DNA of 42,191 nucleotides from a virus (Duplodnaviria; Caudoviricetes): positions 1-42,191 of IMG/VR virus record IMGVR_UViG_3300026233_000025; one strand, 5' to 3'. Positions 17,476-27,460 of this stretch are shown one piece after another (the stretch's first letter is position 1; each line of letters begins with the position of its first letter). Both the position numbers and the translations under genes were made by a program. A model generated the notes under the pieces. It was not told the origin of the DNA, ran no database searches, and saw nothing but the letters and a program-made list of their open reading frames with translations.

Positions 17476-19583
17476 TAGGCTTCGACTACGCCCGCTTCGG
17501 CGAATACGGCGCTGTGATGCGCGCGAACGGCGTTCGCGTGGATCGCGCCGCAGCCGCCGGCCTCCGTCCGCCGCCGCGCATCAGCGTGGCGGAATGGGCC
17601 GGGAAGCACCGTCACTTCTCGGAGGACAGTCCCTATCCGGGCAAGTGGCGGCATGAGACCGCGCCCTATCTGGTCGAGATCATGGAGGCGTTGTCGCCCC
17701 ACGATCCGATGGAACAGGGCGATATCATGAAGTGCGCCCAGTCCGGCGGCTCGGCGTCCGGCGAGAATTTCGTCGGATACGTCGCCGACGTCGCGCCCGG
17801 CCCGGCGATGTACATCCAGGCGACGTTCAAGGCGGCGCTGGATTGGGCGGCCGAAAAGCTGTGGCCGATGATCGAGGCCTCTCCCCGGCTGAACCCCGAA
17901 CAGGACGGGGCGATCCGGGCGCAGAACGCCAAGGACGGGGCCGGGTCCAAAAAGGACAAGATCGTCTTCAAGCGAGGGGGCTACCTGATCCTGGCGGGCG
18001 CCAACTCCGCCCCCAGCCTACGCCAGCGCACCGTCCGGTACGCGATCGAGGACGATCTCGATCAGTTCCCGGACAACCTCGACGGCCAGGGATCGCCCGA
18101 GGGCATGATCGACAACCGCCTGAAGGTCTATCGCCGTCAAGGGCTGTCGAAGCGCCTCGGGATCTCGACGCCGACCATCGAGGGCGGCAGCAAGATTTCC
18201 CGGCGCTACAAGGCCGGCGACCGGCGGCGCTACTACCTGAAATGCCCGCATTGCGGATCGCGTTTCGACCTGGTCTGGGGCGACATCAAGTGGCCGGATG
18301 GAAAGCCGGAGGAGGCTTACGTCGTCGCGCCGTGCTGCGGCGGCGTCGTGGAGCACTGGCAAAAGAACGGCATGAGCCTAACCGATGGCTGGTTGTCGGC
18401 TGAGATCGACGGCGTGGCCTCGCCGCGGCACATGGAAGAGGCGGCGTTCCAGGCGCTGCGGGCGAAGATGCCGGCCAGCCGAAAGCGCGGCTGGCATATC
18501 ACCGGCGAGATCACGACCTTCCAGACCTGGGCGGACATGGCGGTCGGCTTCGTCGCCGCCCAAGGCGACCTGAACAAGCTGAAGACCTGGACCAATCTCG
18601 ACCGGGGCTATCCGTTCGAGCTCAAGGGACAGACCCCGGATTACGAGCTGCTCAAGGAGTTGAAGGAGCAGCATTGGGGGCGAGGCGAGTTCCCATACGG
18701 CGGCTTGGTGGCGACCATGGGCGTCGATGTCCAGGGCGACGGCCTCTATTACGAGATCGTGCTGTGGGCCGAGAACGGCGAGAACTGGTCCTACGGTGTC
18801 GGGTTCATCACCGGCGCCACCGACGTCCCCGGCGAAGGGGCTTGGGCCGATCTCGACAAGGTCGCCATGCGACCGATCCGGTATCCGGGGGGCAAGACCT
18901 TCCCAATCGATCAGGCCTGCGTCGACGCCGGCTACCATACCGCCGCGGCGGAAGCGTTCTGCAGGGCTCGTCCGAACCGTCTCGCCGTATTCGGCCGCGC
19001 CGGCTGGACCCTCCCCGTTCTCGGCCGTGGCGAGAATATTCGATACGAACGGCAGGGCGAAAACACCGGCCGGGCCACCAGGAAGTCGGAGGATAAGGCC
19101 TACCTGGTCGGCACTTACGGCGTGAAGCTGACCTTCTACGGCTACCTGCGATCGACGCTGAAGGCGGCGGCCGACGAGCGCGCGACAGGCGTTCCGTCTC
19201 AAGTTCAGGGGCGGTGTCACTTCAGCCGTGACGCTCCCGACCAGTGGTTCGAACAGATCACCGCTGAGACCGTCGTAGTGAAGATGGTCAACGGCTATCC
19301 GTCCCGCCGGTGGGAGCCGATGCCTGGGCGGCAAAATCACTGGCTGGACTGCCGGGTTTACAACCATGCAGCGGCCGAAAAGCTGATGCTCGACACCTTG
19401 GACGAGGTCGATTGGGCGGCGTTGAAGGCCGAACGCTACGCCGCCGCCAGTCCGGTCCAGGGCGATCTGCTCGATCTCGCGCTCAAGGCGCCGCCTCAAC
19501 CCGCGCCTGCGGTGGTGGCCGCCGCTCAACCTGTCCCCGATCGGTCCGGCTGGATCGAAGCGACTGATGACTGGATCGCCTGA
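17472..19583 (+). CDS. Terminase large subunit (GpA family)
   Basis: KCAQSGGS Walker A variant, IEDDLD, ISTPT, CPHCG, GVDVQ, VDAGY, NHWLDC. Confidence 0.95.
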   Translation: MIGFDYARFGEYGAVMRANGVRVDRAAAAGLRPPPRISVAEWAGKHRHFSEDSPYPGKWRHETAPYLVEIMEALSPHDPMEQGDIMKCAQSGGSASGENFVGYVADVAPGPAMYIQATFKAALDWAAEKLWPMIEASPRLNPEQDGAIRAQNAKDGAGSKKDKIVFKRGGYLILAGANSAPSLRQRTVRYAIEDDLDQFPDNLDGQGSPEGMIDNRLKVYRRQGLSKRLGISTPTIEGGSKISRRYKAGDRRRYYLKCPHCGSRFDLVWGDIKWPDGKPEEAYVVAPCCGGVVEHWQKNGMSLTDGWLSAEIDGVASPRHMEEAAFQALRAKMPASRKRGWHITGEITTFQTWADMAVGFVAAQGDLNKLKTWTNLDRGYPFELKGQTPDYELLKELKEQHWGRGEFPYGGLVATMGVDVQGDGLYYEIVLWAENGENWSYGVGFITGATDVPGEGAWADLDKVAMRPIRYPGGKTFPIDQACVDAGYHTAAAEAFCRARPNRLAVFGRAGWTLPVLGRGENIRYERQGENTGRATRKSEDKAYLVGTYGVKLTFYGYLRSTLKAAADERATGVPSQVQGRCHFSRDAPDQWFEQITAETVVVKMVNGYPSRRWEPMPGRQNHWLDCRVYNHAAAEKLMLDTLDEVDWAALKAERYAAASPVQGDLLDLALKAPPQPAPAVVAAAQPVPDRSGWIEATDDWIA
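17523..17537. repeat. Dispersed palindrome copy 5 (GCGAACGGCGTTCGC)
   Basis: Perfect 15-mer; 5' end of terL. Confidence 0.85.
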
Positions 19584-19807
19584 TGCCCGCACCGGATTAC
19601 GCCGTCGAGATCGCCCAGCTTGAGGCCGCCGCCTCAATAGGCGAGCTGACGATCGAAGCGGAGGACCGTTCGCGGGTCACCTATCGGTCTATGGCCGACC
19701 TGCTCGCTGCGTTGACCTACTTCAAGAACCAAGCCGTCGCTGCGCCGTCCGGCTCGCCGCTCCGGCCGCCGGAGGCGGTGACCGTCGCGGCCTTCGACAG
19801 GGACTGA
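19583..19807 (+). CDS. Head-tail joining protein (gpW-like)
   Basis: 74 aa between terL and portal; VTYRSMADL. Confidence 0.8.
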   Translation: MPAPDYAVEIAQLEAAASIGELTIEAEDRSRVTYRSMADLLAALTYFKNQAVAAPSGSPLRPPEAVTVAAFDRD

Positions 19808-19811
19808 GGAC

Positions 19812-21305
19812 ATGGCCGATTTCTCGCGGCTGATAGACGGCCTGATCGAACCGTTCGCGCCGCGCCTGGCGCGCCGGCGATATGCCGAGCGCATGGCGCT
19901 CCGCGAAATCCGCCAGTACGACGCCGCCGCGGCGGGCCGCCGCACGCAGGGCTGGCGCCGGACCGGCGCCAGTGCGAACAGGGAGGTTCGTCAGGGCCTC
20001 GTCCAGCTACGCAACGGCGCACGCGAGCTCGTGCGTAATAACAAGTACGCGGCGTCGGCCGTGCGCCAGATCGTCGCCAACATGGTCGGCGACGGGATCA
20101 CCGCCACGGCCAAGCACGCCGACCCGGTCATCCAGCAGCGGGCTCAGGACGAGTACGACCGCTGGGCGGAAGGCAAGGTCGACGATCAGCTCGACTGGTA
20201 CGGCGTCCAGAAGATGACCGCCCGATCCGTCGTCGAGGGGGGCGAAACCCTGCTCTCCTGGGGACCGGACAGCGACGGCCCGGATGGGATGGTCCGTGGC
20301 CTGGAAGGCGACTATCTGGACCACCTCAAGCAGACCTTCTCGCTCGGCGGCCCTCGCATCGATCAGGGCGTCGGCTTCGACGCGAACGGCGTTCGCGCCG
20401 AATACTGGCTGTTCGACACCCATCCGGGCGAAATCGGCGGCTATGGCGCGGCCTCGAAGGCTTACAGCGCGGCGAACATAGACCACGTCTATGAAATGCT
20501 GCGTTGGGGCCAGCCGCGCGGCATCTCCTGGTTCGCGCCGGTCGCCATGGATTTGCGCGACGGCGCCGATGTCGAAGACGCCGTGCGCATGAAGAAGAAG
20601 GTCGAGGCCTGTCTCGCCCTGGTCCTGACGCCGCAGGAGGGCGGCGCTGGCTCGCCGCTCGCCGCCCAGCAGGGGCAGGACGACCCGACCCGGCCAGCGA
20701 TCGAGACCCTGCGCCCCGGCATGGTGTTTCGGACGCGCCCCGGGGAGACCGTCAGTACGCTGAACCCGACCTCTACGGGCGGCGAGGTCGAATTCCTGCG
20801 GCACCAGTTGATGGGGGTCTCCGCCAACCTGGCGCCGTATCACCTGGTGTCGGGTGACCCGTCGCAATCGAACTATTCGCAGGTCAGGGCGCAGCTCCTC
20901 GGCTTCTGGGCCAATCTCGATGACTGGCAGCACAACATGATGCTGCCGCTCATGTGCCTGCCCGCGTTTCAGCGCCGGATGCGCCGCCTCGCCTATCAAA
21001 CCGGCGACAAGCGCTTTCTCCAGGTCAAGGCGGAATGGGCGATGCCGGTTCGGCGGTTGATCGATCCGATCAAGGATCTGGCCGGCGAAGAGATCGAGAT
21101 CCGCGGGGGTCTGAAATCCATGCTGAAGGCGCTCTCCGAACGCGGGATCAACCCCGAGCGGCATATCAAGGAAATCGCGGCGTTCAACGAGCTCGCCGAC
21201 GCCGCCGGCGTTGTCCTGGACACCGATCCTCGCCGCGTCACCGACACCGGCGTCCTGCAGGCCGCCGTCGGCTACATCGCCGCCAAGGGCGACCAAACCT
21301 CCTAG
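19812..21305 (+). CDS. Portal protein, lambda family
   Basis: ARELVRNN, QPRGISW, SGDPSQSNYS, IDPIKD. Confidence 0.95.
   Translation: MADFSRLIDGLIEPFAPRLARRRYAERMALREIRQYDAAAAGRRTQGWRRTGASANREVRQGLVQLRNGARELVRNNKYAASAVRQIVANMVGDGITATAKHADPVIQQRAQDEYDRWAEGKVDDQLDWYGVQKMTARSVVEGGETLLSWGPDSDGPDGMVRGLEGDYLDHLKQTFSLGGPRIDQGVGFDANGVRAEYWLFDTHPGEIGGYGAASKAYSAANIDHVYEMLRWGQPRGISWFAPVAMDLRDGADVEDAVRMKKKVEACLALVLTPQEGGAGSPLAAQQGQDDPTRPAIETLRPGMVFRTRPGETVSTLNPTSTGGEVEFLRHQLMGVSANLAPYHLVSGDPSQSNYSQVRAQLLGFWANLDDWQHNMMLPLMCLPAFQRRMRRLAYQTGDKRFLQVKAEWAMPVRRLIDPIKDLAGEEIEIRGGLKSMLKALSERGINPERHIKEIAAFNELADAAGVVLDTDPRRVTDTGVLQAAVGYIAAKGDQTS
20382..20396. repeat. Dispersed palindrome copy 6 (GCGAACGGCGTTCGC)
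   Basis: Perfect 15-mer; in the portal gene. Confidence 0.85.
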
Positions 21306-21320
21306 AGCAAGGGGCTCCTC

Positions 21321-23318
21321 ATGACGCGTTCCGCCCTCCCCGCGCCGGAAGACCGGCGCGGGCCTCCCGACATGCGTGGTCAACGGCTGCTCGGCTTCAC
21401 CGGCCAGTCCTACGACGAGGCGTCCCGCACCATTCAAGCGGTTCTGTCGGTCGGCACGCGCGTTAAGCGCTGGTTCGGCTTCGAGCAACTGTCGATGGAC
21501 CCGGCGAGCATCGACTTGTCCCGCGTCCAGCTCGGCCAGGTTCGATTTCTGGACAGTCACAACGCCTACGAGATCGACGCGGTTCTGGGCGTCGTCACGG
21601 CGGCCGCCGTCGACGGCGGCGGATCGCTCAACGGCTCGATCCGCCTCGCCGAGACGCCACGAGGCGAGCAGGCCGCCGGCATGATTTCCCGCGGCGAGGT
21701 GACCGGCCTTTCCATCGGCTACCAGGTCAAGACCTGGCGGCTGGTCGAGGTCGACGCCGCCGACAACGAGGTCTGGGAGGCGGCTCAGTGGGAGCTGCTC
21801 GAAGTCAGCCTCGTTTCCGTTCCCGCTGATCCGGCCGCCGGGGTCCGGACTGCGGTTCCCCTCCCCGGCGCTGCACAAGAGGACGCTGACATGAATCGTA
21901 CCATGCCCGGCGGCGGCGCCCCTGCGCCTCAAGCCGCCCCCAATCCCGTCGCGGTCCAGACCGCCGTGTCGGAAATTCGCGCTGCGCCGGCCACAGCCCC
22001 GGCCGCCGATCCGGCCCCGGCCGCCGCCCCCGCGCTATCCGCGCCAGCGGCCGAGCGCATGACCGCCATCGAGGCCCTGGACTTCGCCGCCGACGCCTCC
22101 AGCCTCGGCGTGGAAGCCGCCGCCGCGCGCGCCATGGTCGAAACCATGACGCCGCCCGACGCCCGCGCCGCCTTGCTTCGCGCCGCCGCCGACAGGCAGC
22201 GCGCCACGGCTCCGCCGCCGACCATCCGCGGCCCGATCCAGATCAGCCGCGACGAGCGCGACACCGCGCGCGCCGCTATGGCCGAGGCGCTGCTGCACCG
22301 GCACAGCGACGCCAATCAACTGACCGACCTGGGCCGGGAGTATCGCGGGCTCACTCTGCTCGAAATGGTGCGGATGAACCTCGAGCGCAACGGACATCGC
22401 ACCGCCGGCATGGGCAAGCGCGAGGTCGCGGATATGGCCCTGCGCGCGCAGTCGACGTCGGACTTCCCGAACGTCATCACCAACGTGGCCAACCGCACCC
22501 TGCGCAATAGCTATGAAGGCACCGCTTCGACGTTCAAGCCTTGGATGCGAAAGGTGTCGGCGCCCGACTTCAAGCCGATTTCCCGCGTCCAACTCGGCGG
22601 CGCGCCTAGCTTTCTGCAGGTTCCGGAAGGCGGCGAGTTCAAGATGGGCGCGATCGGTGACGGCCGGGAGGTCTATTCGCTGGCGACCTACGGGCGGCGG
22701 TTCGTCATCACCCGCCAGACCATCATCAACGACGACCTGGACGCGTTCTCACGCATCCCCGGCCTGTTCGGCCGCGCCGCCGCCGACTTCGAGAGCGATG
22801 CGGCTTACGCCCCGCTGCTCGCTAACCCGAACATGGCCGATGGCAACGCGCTATTCTCCGCGGCACATGGCAACGTCGCAGGCGCGGGCGCTCCGATCTC
22901 CGAGACGACGGTGATCGAGGCGGAAACGGGCATGTCGAACCAAGTCGGCATCGAGGGACGCTTGATCGGCGTTCAGCCGGCTTGGCTGATCACCGGCGTG
23001 AAGAACAAGGTTCCGGCCCAGAAGCTGGTGACTGGCGTCCAGGCGACGGCGACCGGTAACGTGAACGTCTACGCCAACGCGTTCAGCGTGGTCTCCGAGG
23101 CTCGTCTGAACGCCAGGGCTGGCCCCGAGCGCTGGTTCATGGCCGCCGATTACAACCAGGTCGACACGTTCGAGTACGCCTATCTCGACGGCGATGACGG
23201 CGTGTTCCTGGAAGAGCGCCTCGGGTACGAGGTTGACGGCCTCGAATACAAGGCGCGGCTGGATTTCGGCGTCAAGGCGATCGACTGGCGCGGCCTCTGG
23301 ATGAACCCCGGCACCTAA
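21321..23318 (+). CDS. Prohead protease / major capsid fusion protein
   Basis: FLDSHN...LSIGY...LLEVSLVSVPAD (HK97-type protease), Ala/Pro linker, capsid part STSDFP...ATYGRRF...IINDDL...DWRG. Confidence 0.92.
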   Translation: MTRSALPAPEDRRGPPDMRGQRLLGFTGQSYDEASRTIQAVLSVGTRVKRWFGFEQLSMDPASIDLSRVQLGQVRFLDSHNAYEIDAVLGVVTAAAVDGGGSLNGSIRLAETPRGEQAAGMISRGEVTGLSIGYQVKTWRLVEVDAADNEVWEAAQWELLEVSLVSVPADPAAGVRTAVPLPGAAQEDADMNRTMPGGGAPAPQAAPNPVAVQTAVSEIRAAPATAPAADPAPAAAPALSAPAAERMTAIEALDFAADASSLGVEAAAARAMVETMTPPDARAALLRAAADRQRATAPPPTIRGPIQISRDERDTARAAMAEALLHRHSDANQLTDLGREYRGLTLLEMVRMNLERNGHRTAGMGKREVADMALRAQSTSDFPNVITNVANRTLRNSYEGTASTFKPWMRKVSAPDFKPISRVQLGGAPSFLQVPEGGEFKMGAIGDGREVYSLATYGRRFVITRQTIINDDLDAFSRIPGLFGRAAADFESDAAYAPLLANPNMADGNALFSAAHGNVAGAGAPISETTVIEAETGMSNQVGIEGRLIGVQPAWLITGVKNKVPAQKLVTGVQATATGNVNVYANAFSVVSEARLNARAGPERWFMAADYNQVDTFEYAYLDGDDGVFLEERLGYEVDGLEYKARLDFGVKAIDWRGLWMNPGT

Positions 23319-23342
23319 CACCTCTCCCTCCCCGGAGCACTC

Positions 23343-23375
23343 GAAGGGCCGCCTCGTGCGGCCCTTCGCTTTTTC
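23343..23375 (+). terminator. Intrinsic terminator after the capsid gene
   Basis: GAAGGGCCGC-CTCGT-GCGGCCCTTC followed by GCTTTTT. Confidence 0.75.
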
Positions 23376-23462
23376 CAGCGAGACGAAGACCCCCGGAGCC
23401 GCTTGAGGGCGGCCCCCGGCGTCTTCGCCATTCCGGCTCACTCCATCAGAAGGACAATCGAC

Positions 23463-23807
23463 ATGAAGACGAAGATCTCCTCGGGCGATACGCTCACCAT
23501 CACCTCTCCGGCCGGCGGCACCGTCAGCGGCATCGGCGTCCTGATCGGCTCCATGTTCGGCATCCCGGTCACCTCCTCCCAAGCCGGCGACCTCGTCTCT
23601 ATCGATATCGAGGGCGAGTTCGACCACGTGGCCGAAGGCGCCGTCGCCGGCCAGGCCTGGGCGATCGGCGACACTGTCTATTTCGACGCCAACAACAAGC
23701 GTCTGACCAAGACCGCCGCCGGAAACACCAAGATCGGCTACGCCACCCTGCCCAAGGCCTCAACCGACGTGGTCGGGCGCGTCAATCTGATCCCCTTCGC
23801 AGCCTGA
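23463..23807 (+). CDS. Capsid decoration/cement protein (DUF2190-like)
   Basis: SGDTLTITSP...GEF...AWAIGDTVYFD...KIGYA; AAGGA RBS before ATG 23463. Confidence 0.85.
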   Translation: MKTKISSGDTLTITSPAGGTVSGIGVLIGSMFGIPVTSSQAGDLVSIDIEGEFDHVAEGAVAGQAWAIGDTVYFDANNKRLTKTAAGNTKIGYATLPKASTDVVGRVNLIPFAA

Positions 23808-23808
23808 C

Positions 23809-23823
23809 GCGAACGCCGTTCGC
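23809..23823. repeat. Dispersed palindrome copy 7 (GCGAACGCCGTTCGC)
   Basis: Perfect 15-mer; intergenic, 1 nt after a stop codon. Confidence 0.9.
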
Positions 23824-23859
23824 GACCAGGTCCAGTTCGTCAAACCAGGAGAGCCTCAG

Positions 23860-24213
23860 ATGGTTCGCACCTTCGCCAGCATGGCCGCTTGCTCGGCCAT
23901 GGCCTTACTCGCGCCCGCCGACGATGGCGCCGGCGCAATCGATCCGGCCGGGACCTCACCGCCCGAGATCGAGGACAGCGGCGAGGGTGCGCCCGCCGAC
24001 AACGAGCGGGCGTCCGGGGTCAGACGGCGGCCGAAGCGGGCTCACGTCGTCTGGGTGGCGCCCGGCTATGAGGCCCCGCTGCGCGTCGGCGCGGTGCTGC
24101 GCATCCCCGCCGAACAGGTCGATGACCTGCGCGCCAGCGGCAAGGCTCGCGCCGCCCAGCCCGCCGAGATCGACGCGGCCGGAGACGCCGTCGTCGAGCT
24201 GGAGCAGATCTAG
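23860..24213 (+). CDS. Hypothetical head-region protein
   Basis: 117 aa with AGGAG RBS. Confidence 0.7.
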   Translation: MVRTFASMAACSAMALLAPADDGAGAIDPAGTSPPEIEDSGEGAPADNERASGVRRRPKRAHVVWVAPGYEAPLRVGAVLRIPAEQVDDLRASGKARAAQPAEIDAAGDAVVELEQI

Positions 24214-24215
24214 CC

Positions 24216-24536
24216 ATGATCTATGCCGACGCCCGAGGGCGGCAGCTCGCGGCGCTCTATCGGGTGTACGGGGTCGCCGCCACTTGGCGCGATACGAGCG
24301 CGGGCGTCAGCAATGACGTCCGCGTCCGGCGCTTGGCACCGGACGAAGTCGTCGATTTCGGCAAGGGTCGGGCCGTGCTTCCGACCATGACGATCAAGGT
24401 TCGCGCCAGCGAGGTTCCGGCGCCCAGAAAGGACGATACGGTCCTGATCGACGGGATCGCCCACGTCATCGTCGGCAAGCCGACCGCAAACGTCCACCGA
24501 GACGAATGGTCCTGTCCGGCGAGGCCTGTGGGCTGA
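24216..24536 (+). CDS. Head-tail joining/closure protein
   Basis: Position; IKVRASEVPAPRKDD...IDG. Confidence 0.75.
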   Translation: MIYADARGRQLAALYRVYGVAATWRDTSAGVSNDVRVRRLAPDEVVDFGKGRAVLPTMTIKVRASEVPAPRKDDTVLIDGIAHVIVGKPTANVHRDEWSCPARPVG

Positions 24537-25171
24537 TGCTGCGCCCCAGACTGTCGGCTCCCGACGTGGCGGCGGCGTTGTCTGGCGGCGAGGATCAGGT
24601 CGCGGCGAGCTCGACCGCGGCCATGCGTGAGCTTCAACTCGGTCTGAAGGGCGATCTGCGGGCGCAGGTCGAAAGCGCGGGCCTGGGCGGAAAGCTCGCT
24701 AAGACTTGGCAGGGGCGCGTCTATCCAACGGACGGCGACAGCCTGAACCCATCGGCGTTCATATGGTCGAAGGCGGCCAAGTTGGTCGACGCCTACGACC
24801 GGGGCGCCTACATCTCGCCCCGAGACGGGCGCCGCTACCTCGCCCTACCGACCAAGAACGTTCCCCGAAAGGGCCGTGGATGGCTCATGACGCCCTTGGA
24901 CGTCGAAACCTCGTTCAATCAAGACCTGATCGTTCGCCCGGGCCGCCGTCCAGGAACTCTCCTGGCCTTCGTCAACGTCCTGCCGGCCCGCTCCCAGAAG
25001 GGGTACAGGCGCGCCACCAAGCAGCGGCTCGCGCAGGGCCGCCAACTGAAGCTGGTTCTGATGTTCGTCCTGGTGCGGGACGTCCGCGTCAGGCGGCGAC
25101 TGGACATCGAAACCGTCGCCCGGCTCTGGGCATCACGCTACCCGGCCCTGCTGGCGAGCCATTGGAAATAG
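24536..25171 (+). CDS. Neck/tail-completion protein (DUF6441-like)
   Basis: LRAQVESAGLGGKLAKTW...YLALPT...MFVLV; TGATG overlap. Confidence 0.75.
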   Translation: MLRPRLSAPDVAAALSGGEDQVAASSTAAMRELQLGLKGDLRAQVESAGLGGKLAKTWQGRVYPTDGDSLNPSAFIWSKAAKLVDAYDRGAYISPRDGRRYLALPTKNVPRKGRGWLMTPLDVETSFNQDLIVRPGRRPGTLLAFVNVLPARSQKGYRRATKQRLAQGRQLKLVLMFVLVRDVRVRRRLDIETVARLWASRYPALLASHWK

Positions 25172-25173
25172 CC

Positions 25174-25608
25174 ATGTCCTCGAAACGCGAGCGCGTCCTC
25201 GGCGCGATCAAGGCCCTGGTCGTCGCGGCGCTGCCCTATGCCGACGTCGTGCGCAACGCCGATCAGCCCGACGAGATCGCTCCGGGCGGCTCGGTCATCG
25301 TTCGCGACGGCGATCCTGGCGAACCGGAGGTCGACCTGTCACCGGCGACCTTCAACTACCAGCACCGCATCGCCCTGGAGGTTGCGGCCTATCAATCCGG
25401 CTCCAGATCCCGCGAGCAGGTTCTCGACGACATGCTGGGCGCGATCGGCGACGCCGTGCGGGCCGACCGCACGCTGGGCGGCCTGTGCGACTACCTGGAG
25501 GCCGAGGCCCCCTCGACCGACGACCTGCGAGCCCTCGGAGCCGAGCCGGCCCGCTGGGCCGACGCCGTGATCGTGGCGAGCTACGCCACGTCCGATCCCT
25601 TCAACTGA
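25174..25608 (+). CDS. Tail terminator-like protein
   Basis: SKRERVL...VRDGDPGEPEVDLSP...DRTLGGLCD...YATSDP; directly before the tail tube. Confidence 0.8.
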   Translation: MSSKRERVLGAIKALVVAALPYADVVRNADQPDEIAPGGSVIVRDGDPGEPEVDLSPATFNYQHRIALEVAAYQSGSRSREQVLDDMLGAIGDAVRADRTLGGLCDYLEAEAPSTDDLRALGAEPARWADAVIVASYATSDPFN

Positions 25609-25629
25609 TCACTGCACGGAGAAACCACC

Positions 25630-26901
25630 ATGGCTCGCGCAAGCGGCGCCAACGCCATCCTGGCGGGGGCGTTCGAGAACCTCTATGGCCAGCCGCCAGT
25701 GGCCGGCTGGGCGAAACTGCCGTTCGTCTCGCACAACATGGGCGAGGAGCGTGGCTATGTCGCCGACGACCTGCTGGGCTATGGGCGCGAGCCCCTGCCC
25801 CCAAGCCAGGACGTCGCCAACAATGACGGCGACGTCGTCGTGCCCGTGGATCTGCGGAATTTCGGCTACTGGCTGAAGCTCGCCTTTGGCGCGCCGGTCT
25901 CGGTCGACGCCGGATCGGCCTCGGGCACGTTTACGTTCTCGGCCCAGCCGGCGAACAACAGCAAGGTCACCGTCGGCGGGACCGATTTCACCTTTACCGG
26001 CGGCGCCCCGAACGGAAACCAGGTGCAGATCGGGGCCACCCTAACCGCCACGGTCACCGCCCTCGCCGCGGCCCTGACGGCCAGCACGGTTCCCGCCGTC
26101 ATGGCCGCCACCTACGCCGCAGCCGCCGGGGTCCTGACCATCACCGCCAAGGCGGCGGGACCGGGGGGCAACGCCATCGCCATTTCGGCGGGGGCGGGCT
26201 CGAACGCCAAGGCGAGCGGCGCGACCCTGGCGGGCGGCTCCCGAACCCACACCTTCACTTCCGGCGCACAGGCGCTCACCTCGCTCGCCCTGGAGTTCGG
26301 TCACCCGGAAGTTCCCTCCTATGGGATGAACTTCGGCTGCCGGCTCAACACGCTGAAAATCGGGCTGTCGCGCTCCGGCCTGCTCAACGCCACGGTCAAT
26401 ATCGTCGCCAAGGGCGAAACCCTGGCCGCCGCGCCGGCCAGCGGCGATCCCGCCGCCCTGACGGCCCTGCCGATCGAGCGGTTCTCGCAGGCCATGGGCG
26501 AGATCAAGCGGAACGGCGTCCAGCTCGGCCAGGTCGTTTCGGCCGATTTCACCTATTCCAACAACCTCGACAAGGTCGAGACGATCAAGCCGGATGGTCG
26601 GATCGAGGACGCCGATCCCGGCAAAGTCGCCGATACCGGCAGCATCGTCGCCCGCTTCGCCGACACGGCGTTGCTCGACCAAGCCGCCGGCGGCCAGCCC
26701 TGCGAGCTGTCGTTCGGCTGGAGCATCGGCCCCGGCAAGAGCTTGCTGATCACCAAGCACAGCGTGTTCCTGCCGCGCGCCAAGCGCCCGGTCTCCGGCC
26801 CCACCGGCGTCCAGGCGACGTTCCCGTGGCACGCCTCGGCCGACCCGACCCTCAATCGGTCCGTGACCATCGTCCTGACCAACGACGTCGCCGGCTACTG
26901 A
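25630..26901 (+). CDS. Major tail tube protein with an internal Ala/Gly/Thr-rich insertion
   Basis: MARASGANA...DLLGYGREP...VPVDLRNFGYWL...YSNNLD...GPTGVQATF. Confidence 0.88.
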   Translation: MARASGANAILAGAFENLYGQPPVAGWAKLPFVSHNMGEERGYVADDLLGYGREPLPPSQDVANNDGDVVVPVDLRNFGYWLKLAFGAPVSVDAGSASGTFTFSAQPANNSKVTVGGTDFTFTGGAPNGNQVQIGATLTATVTALAAALTASTVPAVMAATYAAAAGVLTITAKAAGPGGNAIAISAGAGSNAKASGATLAGGSRTHTFTSGAQALTSLALEFGHPEVPSYGMNFGCRLNTLKIGLSRSGLLNATVNIVAKGETLAAAPASGDPAALTALPIERFSQAMGEIKRNGVQLGQVVSADFTYSNNLDKVETIKPDGRIEDADPGKVADTGSIVARFADTALLDQAAGGQPCELSFGWSIGPGKSLLITKHSVFLPRAKRPVSGPTGVQATFPWHASADPTLNRSVTIVLTNDVAGY

Positions 26902-26933
26902 GCCACCCTCGACGGCCCAACCGGGCCGAACAT

Positions 26934-26948
26934 GCGAACGCCGTACGC
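26934..26948. repeat. Dispersed palindrome copy 8 (GCGAACGCCGTACGC, one mismatch)
   Basis: Intergenic, between tail tube and chaperone. Confidence 0.7.
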
Positions 26949-26968
26949 ACCAAACCTTTGGAGCCCAT

Positions 26969-27460
26969 ATGCACAACATTCAAACCGAGCCGTTCTGGCT
27001 GGACATCATGCCAGGCGTGCGAGTCCTTTTCGCGCCGATCACTCGCTCGGCCGTGCGCGACGCGCGGCTGGCGGCGGGCGAAGCGCTGGTCGAGGCCGGC
27101 GACGCCCCCAAGGCCGCCGCCCTGGCCGGCGATGCCTTCAGCGAGGCCTTGCTCCGCGCGGGGCTCCGCGGCTGGGAGGGAATTGGCGACGACGAGGGCG
27201 TCCCCCTGGGGTTCAGTTCTGAAGCCGTCAGCCTCGTCCTGTCCGATCCCATCCTCTTCGAGGCGGTCGATCGCGCCTATGTCTGGCCGTTCGTCTCGCG
27301 AGATCAGGAAAAAAACGTCTCCGCGCCCTCGCCGAATGGGAGTTCGGCGGGGGCGACGGAGGGGCGGCCTACTGCGCCAACTGCCCCGGCGTCTGCGCGA
27401 ACTGTCCCAGCAAAATCCACCGCCCCCAAACGCCCGAGGGTGAAGGGGTCTGGGACGTAA
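26969..27460 (+). CDS. Tail assembly chaperone (gpG-like)
   Basis: Between tube and tape measure; WEGIGDDEG; EKN slippery site. Confidence 0.8.
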   Translation: MHNIQTEPFWLDIMPGVRVLFAPITRSAVRDARLAAGEALVEAGDAPKAAALAGDAFSEALLRAGLRGWEGIGDDEGVPLGFSSEAVSLVLSDPILFEAVDRAYVWPFVSRDQEKNVSAPSPNGSSAGATEGRPTAPTAPASARTVPAKSTAPKRPRVKGSGT

